DNA from: Gekko japonicus
Lineage: Eukaryota
NCBI RefSeq assembly: GCF_001447785.1
Contig: NW_015176456.1
Coordinates: 1,819,763 to 1,883,762 of the forward strand
Direction: 5' to 3'
Length of the DNA stretch: 64,000 bases
Shown here: piece by piece, positions 11,171-23,652 of the stretch
Numbering within the stretch: the stretch's first letter is position 1
Layout: each line of letters starts with the position of its first letter
Position numbers and translations under genes: made by a program
The notes under the pieces: generated by a model
What the model saw: the letters and a program-made list of their open reading frames with translations, nothing else
Database searches by the model: none
Told to the model about the DNA's origin: nothing

Positions 11171-12443
11171 TTTTTTTTTTTTTATTAAAGGTTTTATTAG
11201 CTCCCCTAAAAAGGGGAGGTATTTCGCTTAAAAGAAAAAAAAGGGAAGGGTAGACAGTGGGAGAAAGAGAAAGCTGAGTGATATATAAACTGGTAAATTA
11301 AACTGTTAGTAATGTCCAATTAATCTTCTTGGGCTTCTTCTGTGTGTTGTCAAACTTCTTTTCTTAGTCCTGTTACATGTTATTCTCTGTTAGTATGTTA
11401 GTAATGTTCCTTTGAGTTTCTGTTAATAAAAAAGATCTCTTCTGTGCACATTCAGAACCGCTTCTTTGCGTGCTGGGTACTTTTACTATCGCTGACGTGG
11501 AGGAGCTTCCTCTGTTGTCTTCTCCTTCCGGCTTGTTAGATCCTCCTTTGGGTTGTTGTTGATACTCTCAGTTCATGCACTATAAATCCTCTTCTTTTCA
11601 TGCCATTACCGGAGGTCCCCAGTTTCGAGAATTGTATTAATTTCATTTTCGCTTTGATATCCGCTCCCAAACTCTCTATGGGTCCTCCTCGCAATTGTTG
11701 ACTTATAAGCGCTTGTCAGGCACTTCTCGCTGTCACAATTCCAACTTATCCGTTTTACAAAACTCCCGTCGGATTCACAGCCATAAACAGTCCAAACATT
11801 CGCACACAAACAAACGCCCAGACGGAAGTCCCTCCCTTCTTCTCCGCTCGCTTTTGCCCAGCTCCGACATCTTTTCTTTTTTGTTTACTTTTAGAAAGTT
11901 CTTAAAATGTGCTCCAGAGAGACAAAACTTTTTCCCGCTTTGTTTCAAATACATCAAAGGAAAACATCACTGTCCGCTCAAATCATTCCCCTCCCCTTTT
12001 CTTTTTCGCTTATACAGATGGAGGATTAACCTCTTCGCCTTTTTCGCTGGGAGGGGGGGGAAACAATTTTCAGTTCTTTTTCTCTGCATTTTGACAACTC
12101 ACAGTTAAGCCGATCTTTTCTTTTTCTTTTCCACTTTTGCGGATGGTCGCTTTATCACTCGGTGACGTCTGGTGGCTCCGCTAAACCCCGTTCGGGGTCG
12201 CTCACGCAGCAAGGTCCATTGGGGCAGGGCATGGCGGGAGCCTCGCTCTCCGACCTCTCGGCCGAAAGAGCAACTCCCCCCTAGTGCGCCCTAAAGCGCC
12301 CCGGATCCGAGCTCCTCTCTTCTGAGGTGCTCGTTCGGGTCTCCGCTCGCGCAGATTCCCTCCTCCACCGCGGGCAGGCGAGACGCCCTCGGGAGCGACC
12401 CGAGGAAGCGTCCGCCATTTGCGGGAGCCAGACCGGAAGCCCC
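11171..12443 (-). mobile_element. Complete non-autonomous L1-mobilised element (about 1.27 kb) with poly(A) tail and 22-bp TSD
   Basis: TSD AAAATTGGCCATCTCCTTCTTT at 11152-11173 and 12444-12465; poly(T) 11171-11183 with AATAAA signals on the - strand; CpG-rich 5' end GGGGCTTCCGG...AAATGGCGG. Confidence 0.85.
12150..12443 (-). promoter_or_regulatory. CpG-island-like internal promoter of the L1-type element (ETS and YY1 motifs)
   Basis: CCGGAAG (ETS) near 12433-12439 and CCGCCATTTG (YY1-like) near 12412-12421, within the first 35 nt of the element; dense intact CpGs. Confidence 0.5.
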
Positions 12444-13492
12444 AAAATTGGCCATCTCCTTCTTTATGCACAGAATTAATATTCGTGCAAGATACAAATG
12501 TTAAGAAAGGTGTCCACAGGTAAGAACAGTCTCAACTAAGTGTTTCTGCTCTGGGAAGAGTGGTACTACTGTTATGGTAGCCTGTACAATAATTGATTTT
12601 TCCCAGGAAAAGTGTATAAGAGTGACATTCTGTGTAAAATTTGTTCTGTGGCTGTTCATTCTAAATTAATCTCATGCAATTCCATAGTATGATGGATATC
12701 TCTCTAAAAATTACATGTTTTATCCCTTACAAATGATTTATTAATGAAATCATGCTGAAAGTTGCAGTTTCAGAAATCGGATAATGGTAAAGAAGCCTTG
12801 GTTATATTGCTATATTCAAAGCCAGGTTGACTACAGGAAAGGTGTCTCAAACTGTTTTTGTGGCTGTCTCATGAGAAGAACTCATGAGTGTTACCAGTTC
12901 TTGACAGCTGTAAGACAGCCTCTGGGCATCTTGCTAAAATTTCAAATGTAATTATACAGTACACTTCCTTTAACAAATTGTGTTCCCAGCTATAATTATA
13001 ACAGCTTTACTTGCCCCTAGTCTGTTCTTTATCTTAGTTCCCACCTCTATATTTCTTGCTGTAGGATAAAACCATCTAGTGGGATTGAGTGATCCAGGTG
13101 AAGTAGAGCATCTTCCTTTTACATTGAGAAAGCAGTCCTTAACCATCCTTGGAAAAGATGATCATTTCTTTAGGTCTTCAGTGATCTGCATTACAAATTA
13201 AATGAGAATTAATAACCAAAGATTCACAAAAATACAGATAGGTGTACATTAATTTATTTTAGGATTCAGACTTAATATGTCTGGTTAGAAAAACAAGGGA
13301 AATAAAACTTGCTAATGAATTCTATCGTTTCTTCAGTTTTCATCATTTAGTGCTTAATCTGTTTTACTAACTTCGCAAATTCAAGGTTAATATTCTCATT
13401 CATATGACTGGAACACACTTGCAAAAAGGCTTCATGTACACTGACATCCCAGGGCAAGTCACATAGTAGTTCTGATTTTTCTGGTAGGAAAC

Positions 13493-14710
13493 TGTAGACT
13501 CCTGCAGCAATCCGTTCCCAACCGCTTTCATTCAAAGAAGTAAAGTTTATTGAGACATTGAGAGTATGCAGATATTATAACCATTTCGTGTTAGAACTGA
13601 AGAAAAGCGCGCACAGCAAGCAGATATACATTATTCAAGGAGGCCCCCTGATGGCCTAGGGCCAATCAGGGATCAGGTAGAAGCTCGCCAAAGTAACAGG
13701 CTACTTTTCCCAGGAGAAAGACTACACTAGGCACTGAAGGTCATACAGAGATAATAGAAACACAGAAGAAACAGCAGAAATGAAACCTAACATTTTAGAG
13801 TCACCCCACTCCCATTGCAGCCAGGGCTTAAGAAGGGCCTAGCTGACATTCAGCCACCCCAAAGACTTCACCCACCAGGTTTAGTTGGATACATTTTGTG
13901 AAAAGCACACACATGTTTAGGGGCATTAACATGGGACTCCCACACCCATTCATTATGAGAGGGGTCAAAATATTTCCATTTAATTAGATAGTAAAGATGG
14001 CCATGCTTAAACTTAGAGCCCAGAATTTCTTCCACCTCTTGGTGCAGTTCACCATTCACACTCAGAGGTGGAGGGGCTGGTGGACGAGGTCTCCACTTGT
14101 TCGGACCTGGGTCCCATTTCAGTAGACTGAAATGAAATACAGGATGCACATCGTTAAGGGATTTAGGCAAATCAAGTTCAACAGCAGCCTCCCCCACTTT
14201 GCGCAGAACTGTAAAAGGACCAACATATTTCCAACCCAGTTTTCTTCTAGGCTGGAGCCCTTTCAAGTGTTTAGTAGACAAATACACAGAGTCCTCGGGT
14301 TGTAAATCCCACTCAGGGGCTCGCCCTTTATCAGCATGAGTTTTGTAATCCGCTTTGGCTTTGTCAGTAGTCTTTTGGGTGACAGAACATTGGTCCTTCA
14401 AGTCTTGCCACCAAGTGGTCCCCAGGGCTGGGATCTGGAGTGCCTATAGTGGGAAAAGGGGCACCTTCACATCCATGCATAGCCTTGAAAGGGAGCAGTC
14501 CAGTGGAGCTATGCACAGAATTATTGTAACTGTACTCTGCATAAGATAACAGTTCAGCCCAATTATCTTGTTGGTAGTTAGTAAAGAAGCGTAACAACTG
14601 CTCAACTATTTGATTGACCCATTTGGTTTGTCCATTAGTCTCTGGGTCACCCCACTCCAGAGTCACCCCACTCCCATGGCAGCCAGGGCTTAAGAAAGAC
14701 CTAGCTGACA
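13493..14710 (-). mobile_element. Internally deleted chromovirus-type Ty3/Gypsy LTR retrotransposon
   Basis: 3' LTR 13493-13848 (TG...CA, AATAAA); purine tract about 13851-13860; 5' LTR remnant 14659-14710; flanks GAAAC/GAAAT (near-TSD). Confidence 0.85.
13868..14650 (-). pseudogene. Gypsy integrase C-terminus, GPY/F domain and chromodomain (frameshifted)
   Basis: PETNGQT..VNQIVEQLLR, YNNSVHSSTG, YVGPF, VHPVFHFSLLK; chromodomain EVEEIL...YYLIKWK...NEWV. Confidence 0.9.
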
Positions 14711-15428
14711 GAAATCATCAAAGGGGAAAGGATTTCTTCACTGACTAGTGACTTCTTCCCTCTTTCCCTTTCTTTGGAATAAATGGGCAGACTCTGTTTA
14801 GGATTGCACTGTTAACATATTTTGGTACTGAGAGAGTATATCTAAGTATAATGATTTGGATGTGGTCAGTTGCTACTGAACTCATTTAAACAGAAGTAAT
14901 GTTTAATGCTGCTTCAGTGAAACAACAATACACCTATATTGTTGCCAAAACCTAAAATATGTTGTACTTTTATGGTTGAAATATGCTTTGGAGAAAAAGT
15001 GTTCAGCCAGCCTCTTAAAATAATTTAGTGTCTGCATTGTTTGTTCTGAGTATTAAGGAAGTGAGCCTTTCCCCATAACAATAATTGGTTGACACTGTTT
15101 GACCTTAATGCACAGCTACAGTATTTAATGAACTGACGTGGGGAATAAAGTTTTGATAAATAAGGCAATTTTCTTGAAACCTTTAGAAATCTTTTTGAAG
15201 TCTCTTACTGTTAGATTGACATCTTTTCTTTTAAAAAAGAATAAGTGAATAATTTAAGGGTATATTTCATGTTTTCAGATCTTCATTCTGTCATATAAAT
15301 AATAGACTGTTCAGAAGCTCAAGTTCCAGTGTATACAGCTTTCACATACATCTTCAGTGGAAAATACATAATTCTTACTTTCTTCTACTAACAGCTGGCC
15401 AGACACAGAGTCATTAAAATATTATATT

Positions 15429-15810
15429 TAGGGTTGCTGGGCCTATCATGGCCTGGCAACTGACAGGAGATGGGGGGGGTCCTTACTCCAGGGTACGATG
15501 ATCTCTGTTGCTGCACAATGACATCACTTCTAGCACAACTTGGAAGCTCCATTATCGCACTGGGGCAATACTCTAGCACTCACCCCCAAACCCGTGGAGT
15601 TTCTGAGTGAATGCTAGAGCATCACCCTAGTGTGACGCTGGTGCTTCTGTGTTGTGCCAGAAGTGAGATCATAATATAGTGACAAAGATCATGCTCCTCT
15701 TCCCCTGTTTTGCTGGCCTGCTTCCGTCCATTGACCAAATGAGCGTTGGCCAACATTGGCAACAATTACCAGGAGTTTGCCCACTATTAGTGGGCATCTG
15801 GTAAGGCTAT
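15429..15810. mobile_element. Degenerate TAGGGTTG-TIR MITE
   Basis: TAGGGTTGCTGG start, internal inverted arms (tgacatcacttc / gaagtgagatca), degenerate right end. Confidence 0.45.
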
Positions 15811-16023
15811 ATTGTTTATCGGGAAAAATAAAATAATCATAAAGCAGCTTGCACACCTAAATTATTGACACAAATGTCATCATCTAGAAGTGAATATATA
15901 TATTGGTACAACCTGACCTATTCCTTAATGGAATGTTGAGAAATAAGGCAAAGCTCTGAACAAGGAATTACAAAGTGCTACACAAAGAATTGCAAAGATG
16001 GTTCTTCATTTTCTCCTTCACAG

Positions 16024-16110
16024 TTAGTTTTGAGACTCCTGGAAACAAGCAGCCAGCATGTTTCCGTGGATTTTATTAAACACTTCTTGGCTTGGGACAA
16101 AAATCAGAAG
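16024..16110 (+). other. Candidate host exon (87 nt, open in phase 0: LVLRLLETSSQHVSVDFIKHFLAWDKNQK)
   Basis: ttttctccttcacAG acceptor; AAG|GTAACT donor; length divisible by 3; protein not recognised. Confidence 0.35.
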
Positions 16111-18927
16111 GTAACTTTTCTGTGTTGTTTTGGTATGACCTCTTCATCATAGATTTTTCCCCATGTGGTATTAATTAATTAATGACATTCCTCAATTTTA
16201 TCTTTACAGATACAGTGGTATATATTTAAAAAGAATAGAAAAGTTAAAATACACCCACTTAAGAACAGGGATTTACTGTGAAGGAGTTATTGAAGGTAGA
16301 CATGTGAAGGGGGTGCTTTACAATAGGCAATTTGAGAAAGGACAAGGGTAAGAATATTATGCCTAGTCCTTGTTATCAAGCACCTACAAGTTGGTAATTG
16401 TGTGTGTGTGTGGGGGGGGTAGTAATTTGTTATAACAACCTAACCGTGCAAAAATTGTATAGAAACAATTTGTTGCAGCGTTGGGACTTGAAAAAGGATC
16501 CTGTAAACCATGTTGGCAGTCGACTGTTGTTAGGCAACTTTTACAAGGAATGTTCAGTCACCGACATTACTTCCTTTCTTCCTTTTAAATGGTGGATGGT
16601 TGATAACTTTCAGCATAATCTAAATGTAGAGCAAGAACTTTGTCCATAATTATGCTCAGATAAAATGTGTACATTCCTGGTAATTTCTGCCTTCCTTCTC
16701 TTCTTCCAGTCAAAATTTGTGGACAAATTTTAGAAACGCTTCATAAATGCTTTTTGATTTTGTTTGGTAGGTACACTATTGAAATAATATTTTTTTAATA
16801 ATCTGTAGGCTAATATCAGCAGCCTATTCTCTATTGCAGAACACCATTTGGAGTACTCCAGAACTTTGAAGTATGTTAGGTATTCTTTTTTTTGGAAGGT
16901 ATTCCTTAGTTCTTTTGATAGTTTAAAAATATTTCAGAGGCTTGACATTAAGAAATAATAATCAAATTGTCTTCTCCATTCCAGAGGGATTGTCTGTATT
17001 TGCTTTATTGACTGTGGCCTGTGAACTTCCTGAGAAAGGAGAAGGCCCCTCTACCAATAGCAAGTTCTTGGATAGCACTGTAGTATACTAAGATGAGCTA
17101 TCATGGTACTGATTTACAATATATCGCTGCATGGAATAAAGGCTGCTATGATTTTTCTTTCTCATCTAGTGAAAGGAAAACAATTAGAGGCATGTTCAAA
17201 AGCAATCTCTGATTCTTGGATTGGTCATGCTGTTCAGGTTAGCGTAACAATCTTAGTGAACAGTAGTTCTTTGCTCTTCATTGTGTAGATGAGTGTATGA
17301 ATGTAGGTTTTTAAATGATGCCATTTTAGAGCAGAAGCGTACAGGAACTTTATATAGGAAAGTCGTTATCAAACTCTGCCATAAGTTGTGACTTCACAGG
17401 CCGAAGACTCCATGAGCTTATCAGTTGCTACTCTGAATTAGACCTTATGCTATTCAGAGGCATTCAGAATGGATAGTTATTTGAGTGCTAGCACCAGCTC
17501 AGTTGACTTGGGTCTTTCAAACAAATTTAACTTGGAAACAGTTTTGGTGTATCTTAAGTAATGTTCTAAGCAGTGGTTCTTGCCAGTTTTTTCCTATCCT
17601 CCAACTCTTATATTATCTTCTCCCATGTTTAAAGGCCCTGTCTAATTTGTGCTGGTAAACAGAAATTTGTTTGTTTTAAAATTTATATTTTGTTGCTGGA
17701 CTTGCAGTAAGAATTCTACACTCTATACTGTAAATTAAAGTGTGTCTGTGCATCAGAACAATTTTCATGCCTCACTCAATTCCTAATGTAAATTAGTAGG
17801 AACATTGGTTATCCATTTGAGAAATTGAGTTGGTATAAAAATAAAAATGCACTTATGGTGTGTGCTGCTTTGTGTATCATCTTGGGAGTGTTTTTCTGTT
17901 TATCTGTCACTTGCATTAGAAAAAGCAATCACTGGCTTCAGGTGACATTAAAAATTAAAGGTTAACCTCAATTTCTTTACTGACCAGACATGGGGCATAA
18001 AGTTGTTCTGGATTTATGCTTGGGTTTTTGGATTGTCAAAAAGCAAGTTGAGAAATTAACTTGTTTAGTGTGTTACTCTTTTTCTTATGCATGCGATTTT
18101 AATATTCTCCAGAACTGTCTTGGATCAGGTAATCACAAAACCCTTTTTCAATGCATGTGGCTGTTTGAAGCTTGATATGAAGCTGTAATTGTGTTTATTG
18201 GTAAGATTCAAAGATCTTAGCTGACTTGCATAAATTTGAAAATGACGTTTTTAAAGTAAAGACAAAGTTGAAATATTTAGCTACCTCACAGTTTAGTTGC
18301 AGCTGGATAAATCTTGTATTGAAATAGGTAAGATGGTTTCAGAATTCATAGAATTCTGCACAGGAGATCTTGGCTGGGCTCACTTTCTCCTGCAGTCTGA
18401 TTTAAATGTGCTCCTGGTGGCACATAAGATCCTAGGCTTGCTTTCTCCTGTAGTCCGATTTAAACTGGGCTGCTGATGTGAGCCCGAAGAGCCTGCGAGT
18501 TAACTCAGAAGGCATTTAAAAGACTCACAGTCCTTTAAATGCACTTCAACCATGGCTATCGGGCTGACCCAAAAAATCCCAAACATTTTTGGGATTTTTT
18601 GGTTTGGCCATTTCTGGATAGCTGAGTAAATGGCCCACTCCCTAACCAGCTGAAAAGTACCCAGAAAATACCAATATGGTTTTTTGTTTCTTTTTGATTT
18701 TAAGCTAAATGCACACCCCTTAGTCAAAGAGGCACTTCCTGGAGTTTCTTCCCTTGAGCCTCACTTGCTCAGTCCTCTAGCTCTATGTTCCCTGCTTGGG
18801 GAAGGGGGGAGGGTTTGACCCACCCAATTGTCTGTTGCCAGAAAAAAATCTGTTAAAAGGGATGGTTGGTTCGTTCCCAACCTCCCAGGAGAGAAAAGAA
18901 CATTTCTTCACAGAGCACAGAACATAG

Positions 18928-19190
18928 AAGAGAAGAGAGGAGGGGATTGGATTTATAGCCTGCCCTTCATTACCCAAAGGAGTCTCAGAGCGACTTACAA
19001 ACGCCTTCCCTTCCCCACAGAGAAACCCCATGAGGTAGGTGGGGCTCTGACAGAAACTGCTCTTTTTCAAGAACAGCTGTGCCAGAACTATGGCTTGCCC
19101 AAGGTCATCCAGCAGGTGCAAGTGGAGGAGTGGGGAATCAAACCCGGTTCTCCCGAATTAGAGTTCGTGTACTTAACCACTACATCAAAC
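18928..19190 (-). mobile_element. Squam3-type SINE
   Basis: Reverse complement of ...GTAGTGGTTAAG...GGTTTGATTCCCCACTCCTCCAC; TC-rich tail; TSD AACATAG (18921-18927 / 19188-19194). Confidence 0.85.
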
Positions 19191-19194
19191 ATAG

Positions 19195-22100
19195 TTTATC
19201 AGACCATCACCAGAACGATTCCCAGTCTCCCCCCTTCACAGGAACCCAGTCAAATGGCTCAGAACAAACAAGGCGATCCACCATCTTCTCATCATCCTCA
19301 AAAAGGAGGTGTGGAGTGTACTCTGTTTTCTTTACAGTCCCCAAAAGAATGGGGACTGGAGGGCAAAATTGAACCTGAAATACCTCAACAAATTTGTGAG
19401 ACTGAGGCATTTCAGAATGGAGACTCTTTGATTGGTCACCGAGTCCCTACAGTCAGAAGAATACCTCACCTCTGTAGACTTAACAGAGGCTTACCTTCAC
19501 ATCCCAATCTTCCCAGGACACAGGAGATTTCTACAATTCTGTGTCAGAGAACACTACCTGCAATTCAGGGCTCTCCCATTCAGTGTCTCGACAGCTCCGA
19601 GAGTTTTTTTCAAAGTCTTGATGAATCCAGTCATCAAGCTGAGGAAACAGGGCATACATATCCACCCTTACTTGGACGACTTATTGACAAGATCCAGCTT
19701 CTGACTCAAATTGCAGGAGGACACAACCATCAGATGCCTGCAAGCACACGTATTCATACTGAATCTACAGAAGAGTTCCCTGAAACTGGTGCATTGCCTG
19801 GAGCATCTGGGTGTTGTCATAGACACCACGTCCAACTGCCTATTTTTGACGAACAAAAAGGCAAGGAAGATGAAAGTGATGTCAGTGCTAATCATCAAAA
19901 GCAGATCATCCTCATTGATGACACCGACCAAATTAGTGGATCTGTTGATATCCAGCATAGACAGTTCAATGGGGAAGGTTTCATACAAGACATTTACATC
20001 TATTGCTGAGGCCCTTTCAGCCCCAGAAGATCTCTCCATTTGAGTTCAACTCAGAATGAAGATCAGCCTTGCTTGGTGGACAAACATGCCCAATCTCTTA
20101 CAGGGCAAGAAATACTTAATTCTGGAGGTGAACCAGATATTTACGAAGGCCAGCTTTTCGGGATGGGGAGCCACCTTGAATGAGGTACCATTACAGGGTT
20201 GGTGGACCATGGCAGAAGCTCAATTACCTATCAACTTCCAAGAACTTCAAGCCATATATCTTGCTCTTCTCCACTTCAGTCTGCAAATAACACATTCCCA
20301 TGTTTTATTAAGAACAGTCAACATGTCTTCTAAGACATATCTCAGCAAACAATGGGGTTCCAGATTTTCAGTGCTCCACAAGGAGGCGACCAAGATATTA
20401 GCATGAGCAGACAAGAACCTGCTTCCAATAAAGGCAGAACACATAAAGGGGACTACAAACATCCAAGCAGACTTGCTCAGCAGACAGACTACCCAGGAGG
20501 GAGAATAGTCTCTCAAGAAGGATCTGTTTTGGCTAATCATGAGTCACTGTGGTTCCCAACTGGTGGATCTCTTCACATCTCCAATGAACCACCAGCTTGA
20601 CTGGTTCTTCACCAGGTTCTTTCATCCCAAAGCCAAAGCAACCAGTGCCTTAATATCACACAGCCAAAGGGCCTATTGTTAGCTCCCCCCCATTACCATT
20701 CATTCTCAAGCTGATCAGAAAGACCAAGAAAGAGAGAATAGTCTCTCAAGAAGGATCTGTTTTGGCTAATCATGAGTCGCTGTGGTTCCCGACTGGTGGA
20801 TCTCTTCACATCTCCAATGAACCACCAGCTTGACTGGTTCTTCACCAGGTTCTTTCATCCCAATGCCTTAATATCCCACAGCTGAAGGGCCTATTGTTAA
20901 CTCCCCCCCATTACCATTCATTCTCAAGCTGATCAGAAAGATCAAGGAGCAGAAGGCAGAAGTGATATGAGTGGCCCCTTTCTGGCCCTGTTGACCGTGG
21001 TCGACATTCCAAGACCGATCCATCCCTAAGACTTCCCATCATATCACCAGACATGCTCCAGCAAGGTCCAATTTGGCATCATCATCCAGAGTGGTTACAC
21101 TTGACTGCCTGGAGATTTAAAAGGAACATCTTTCTTCAACTAGCAGATAACACAGAGGTCACGGTCACCCTTTTGGGCTCAAGAAGAAAATCAACCAACA
21201 GAATCTACAATGCTTCATGGTGTTAGGTGGTGCAGAAGGACACCCTCAAATCAAATCGATGTTGACTTTCCAACAAGAAAAGATTGACAGAGGTCTGAAG
21301 GCCCCCACCTTCCAAGGCCAAGTTGCACCGCTATCCACGGCGTTGACTCAAGTAAATGGCCTCAGTCTGTTAAGACATCCCCATATTCTGTGCTTTCTCT
21401 GGGATGCAGCCTTGAAAGATCCACCTCAGATACATATGTTTCCCACTTGGAAACTTCATGCAGTACTTCTTCCTTCACAAAACCACCCTTCGAGCCCATC
21501 AGGGAAACCTCGCTAAAGTGGTTGAGGTAGCAGTCACATCAGCAAGAAGACTGTTGGAGCTAGGCGCTCTTTTTGTTAAACCTGAGCTGTTTTTTTCACA
21601 AAGTAGCCCTCAGAACTGACCCAACCTTCAAGCCAAAGGTTAAGTCTGCCTTCCATAGATCACAGGAGATCAGCCTTTCATCCTTATGTCCGAACACCAG
21701 TCACCCAAAAGAAAAGACATGGCACACGTTGGACGTGAGGAGACCACTGAAGACATACATTTGCAGAACCAAGCATATTAGGAAGACAGATGCTCTGTTT
21801 ATATCCATCTCTCCGCTGAATACAGGAAATAAAATGTCCAGATGTCCAAATCAGCCACCAGGAATTCACTTATGGCCTGTATCATAGAGGCCTAGAAACT
21901 CCACAAGTTAGACATTCCACCTGGGGTTATGGCTTACATAGTAAGAGTACTGCCACTAATGCAGCTTTTGCCAGGCATGCTATGGTGGAAGAAGTTTGTA
22001 AAGCAGCAATATGGTCATCCATCTCCACCTTCATAAGGCACTATTAAGATAAATGCATATAACTCAGCTGACACTGCCTTTGGCAGAAGAGTGCTCCAGC

Positions 22101-22495
22101 ATATTCTAGAAGTGGATGACAATGACCCACCCCAGACATGAGGACACTGCTCCAGGAGGTTCCACCAAGATGTCCTCTGCCTCAGAGGGAGAACAGACTA
22201 TTGGATACTTAACAAGGAGGACATGTTGTGCCACTCAAAGTCATCATCAATCAAGCTAGCTGCAGGTTCTTTTCCTGTCTTAACTGTTTTTTACTTATCT
22301 ATTTCTCTCTTGTTCCATGTTACTGTTTTTGTAGTTTTTTATTCCACTTATAGGGTGAAGAACTGACAAGATGGGTGACTCCCACAGTAGAGACAGGAAG
22401 GAGGAAAAAAGTTGTTCCTGCTTCCCTGAACGGACAGTGGGAATCACCCACCAAGATGTCTTCCTTTCTTCAGAGGAGAATATCCAATGGTCCAA
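19195..22495 (+). mobile_element. Decayed DIRS1-like tyrosine-recombinase retrotransposon (RT, RNase H, methyltransferase-like domain, YR, 3' terminal repeats)
   Basis: RT: YSVFFTVPK, VDLTEAYLHIPI, QFRALPF..STAPRVF, PYLDDLL. RNase H: ASFSGWGA, INFQELQAI. MT-like: VDLFTSPMNHQL. YR: LRTDPTFKPKV, LDVRR, WSSISTFIRHY. 3' repeats at 22162-22207 and 22448-22492. Confidence 0.9.
20501..20946 (+). repeat. Tandem duplication of about 230 bp inside the DIRS element
   Basis: gagaatagtctctcaagaaggatctg... at 20501 and again at 20734, nearly identical. Confidence 0.9.
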
Positions 22496-23509
22496 TCTTT
22501 GAAGTATCCCCATTAATTCAGCAAAAAGAGAACGAACCTGTTACGCTTAGATATAGTAGAATGGCAGTAAGGAGGAACTGCTCTGCCAGAGACACACAAG
22601 AAGCTCCTTGCCTCAGTTTAAGAATCCATACCTAGGCCTTGTTGCTGGACAATAGCTTGTGAGTGGGCAAAACTTTACTTAAAAACTAGGAGCACTACCA
22701 ATCCTCATGTCTGGGGTAGGTCATTGTCATCCATTTCTAGAATATGCTGGAGCACTCTTCTGCCATGTGAATACTTATGCCATTGCTCAGTTCTCTCTGG
22801 GGGTTCCAGTCTTCTAAAATCCTCATGCATTGGTTACAGAATGTCCCATTTTTTTTGAGTCTACTAACTCACTGTGTAATCCACCTTGATTCACTGTGAG
22901 AAAGGCAGTCCACAAATAACATGAATAAATAAATATTCAGTTTGCAGGTTCTTCAGACCCCAATGTGGGAGTGTTTGTTTCTAAAAAAAACCCCACAAAA
23001 CCATGCAGGCCTGGCCTCCTGTAGGTCATAAGCACTCCTCTCCCCACTTCTTTTAAAAATAAAAGATCCCTCTCCATTTTGAGATGCTCTAAGAGAGACT
23101 GCTAGCACTCTTTCAAAAAAAACATGAGAGAAGGGCTACTGAGATCCCAGGGAGCTTTACCACTTCATTGTCTCAAGAATCAAGCAGCTACCACCCCCTC
23201 CACTGACCTACAGTCCCCAGCAACCAGGAAAAGCAGAGAAGAACATTGTAAGTAGTTGAGTGCTAAAGTGGCTGCTTCTTACCTAAGAAATCACTGAAAA
23301 ACCACCGGGAGGGCAACAACACACCCAAGATGGCATCACAATATGCCCCATCCAACTGGTTGTTCACATATTGGATAGTGACTTCCTGCTTCTCACACTG
23401 CTTTCAGGCTTCCTGCTTCTCACACTATAATCCAAAATACCACTACTAAAGGGTGCAGCATTGGTTAAGTAGGGTCATCCTTACAGGGGTCCAGAGGATG
23501 CTCTGAAGG

Positions 23510-23652
23510 CAGTGGTAGAGCATCTGCTTGGCATGCAGGTCTCTGGTTCAGTTCCCAGCATCTCCAGTTAAAGGATATGACAGTAGGTGATGTGAAAGAC
23601 CTCTAGCCTGTGGTCTGGTAGAGCTGCTTCTAGTTTGAGCTGACAGTACTGA
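23510..23652 (+). mobile_element. tRNA-derived SINE (Squam2-like), abutted by a Squam3
   Basis: CAGTGGTAGAGCATCTGCTTGGCATGCAG...GGTTCAGTTCCCAGCATCTCCAG. Confidence 0.6.

Noticed and set aside
18828-20009. 393-aa ORF as a novel host gene
   Set aside because: It is a read-through of an antisense Squam3 SINE into an alternative frame of the DIRS RT, has a non-ATG start and shows no recognisable domain.
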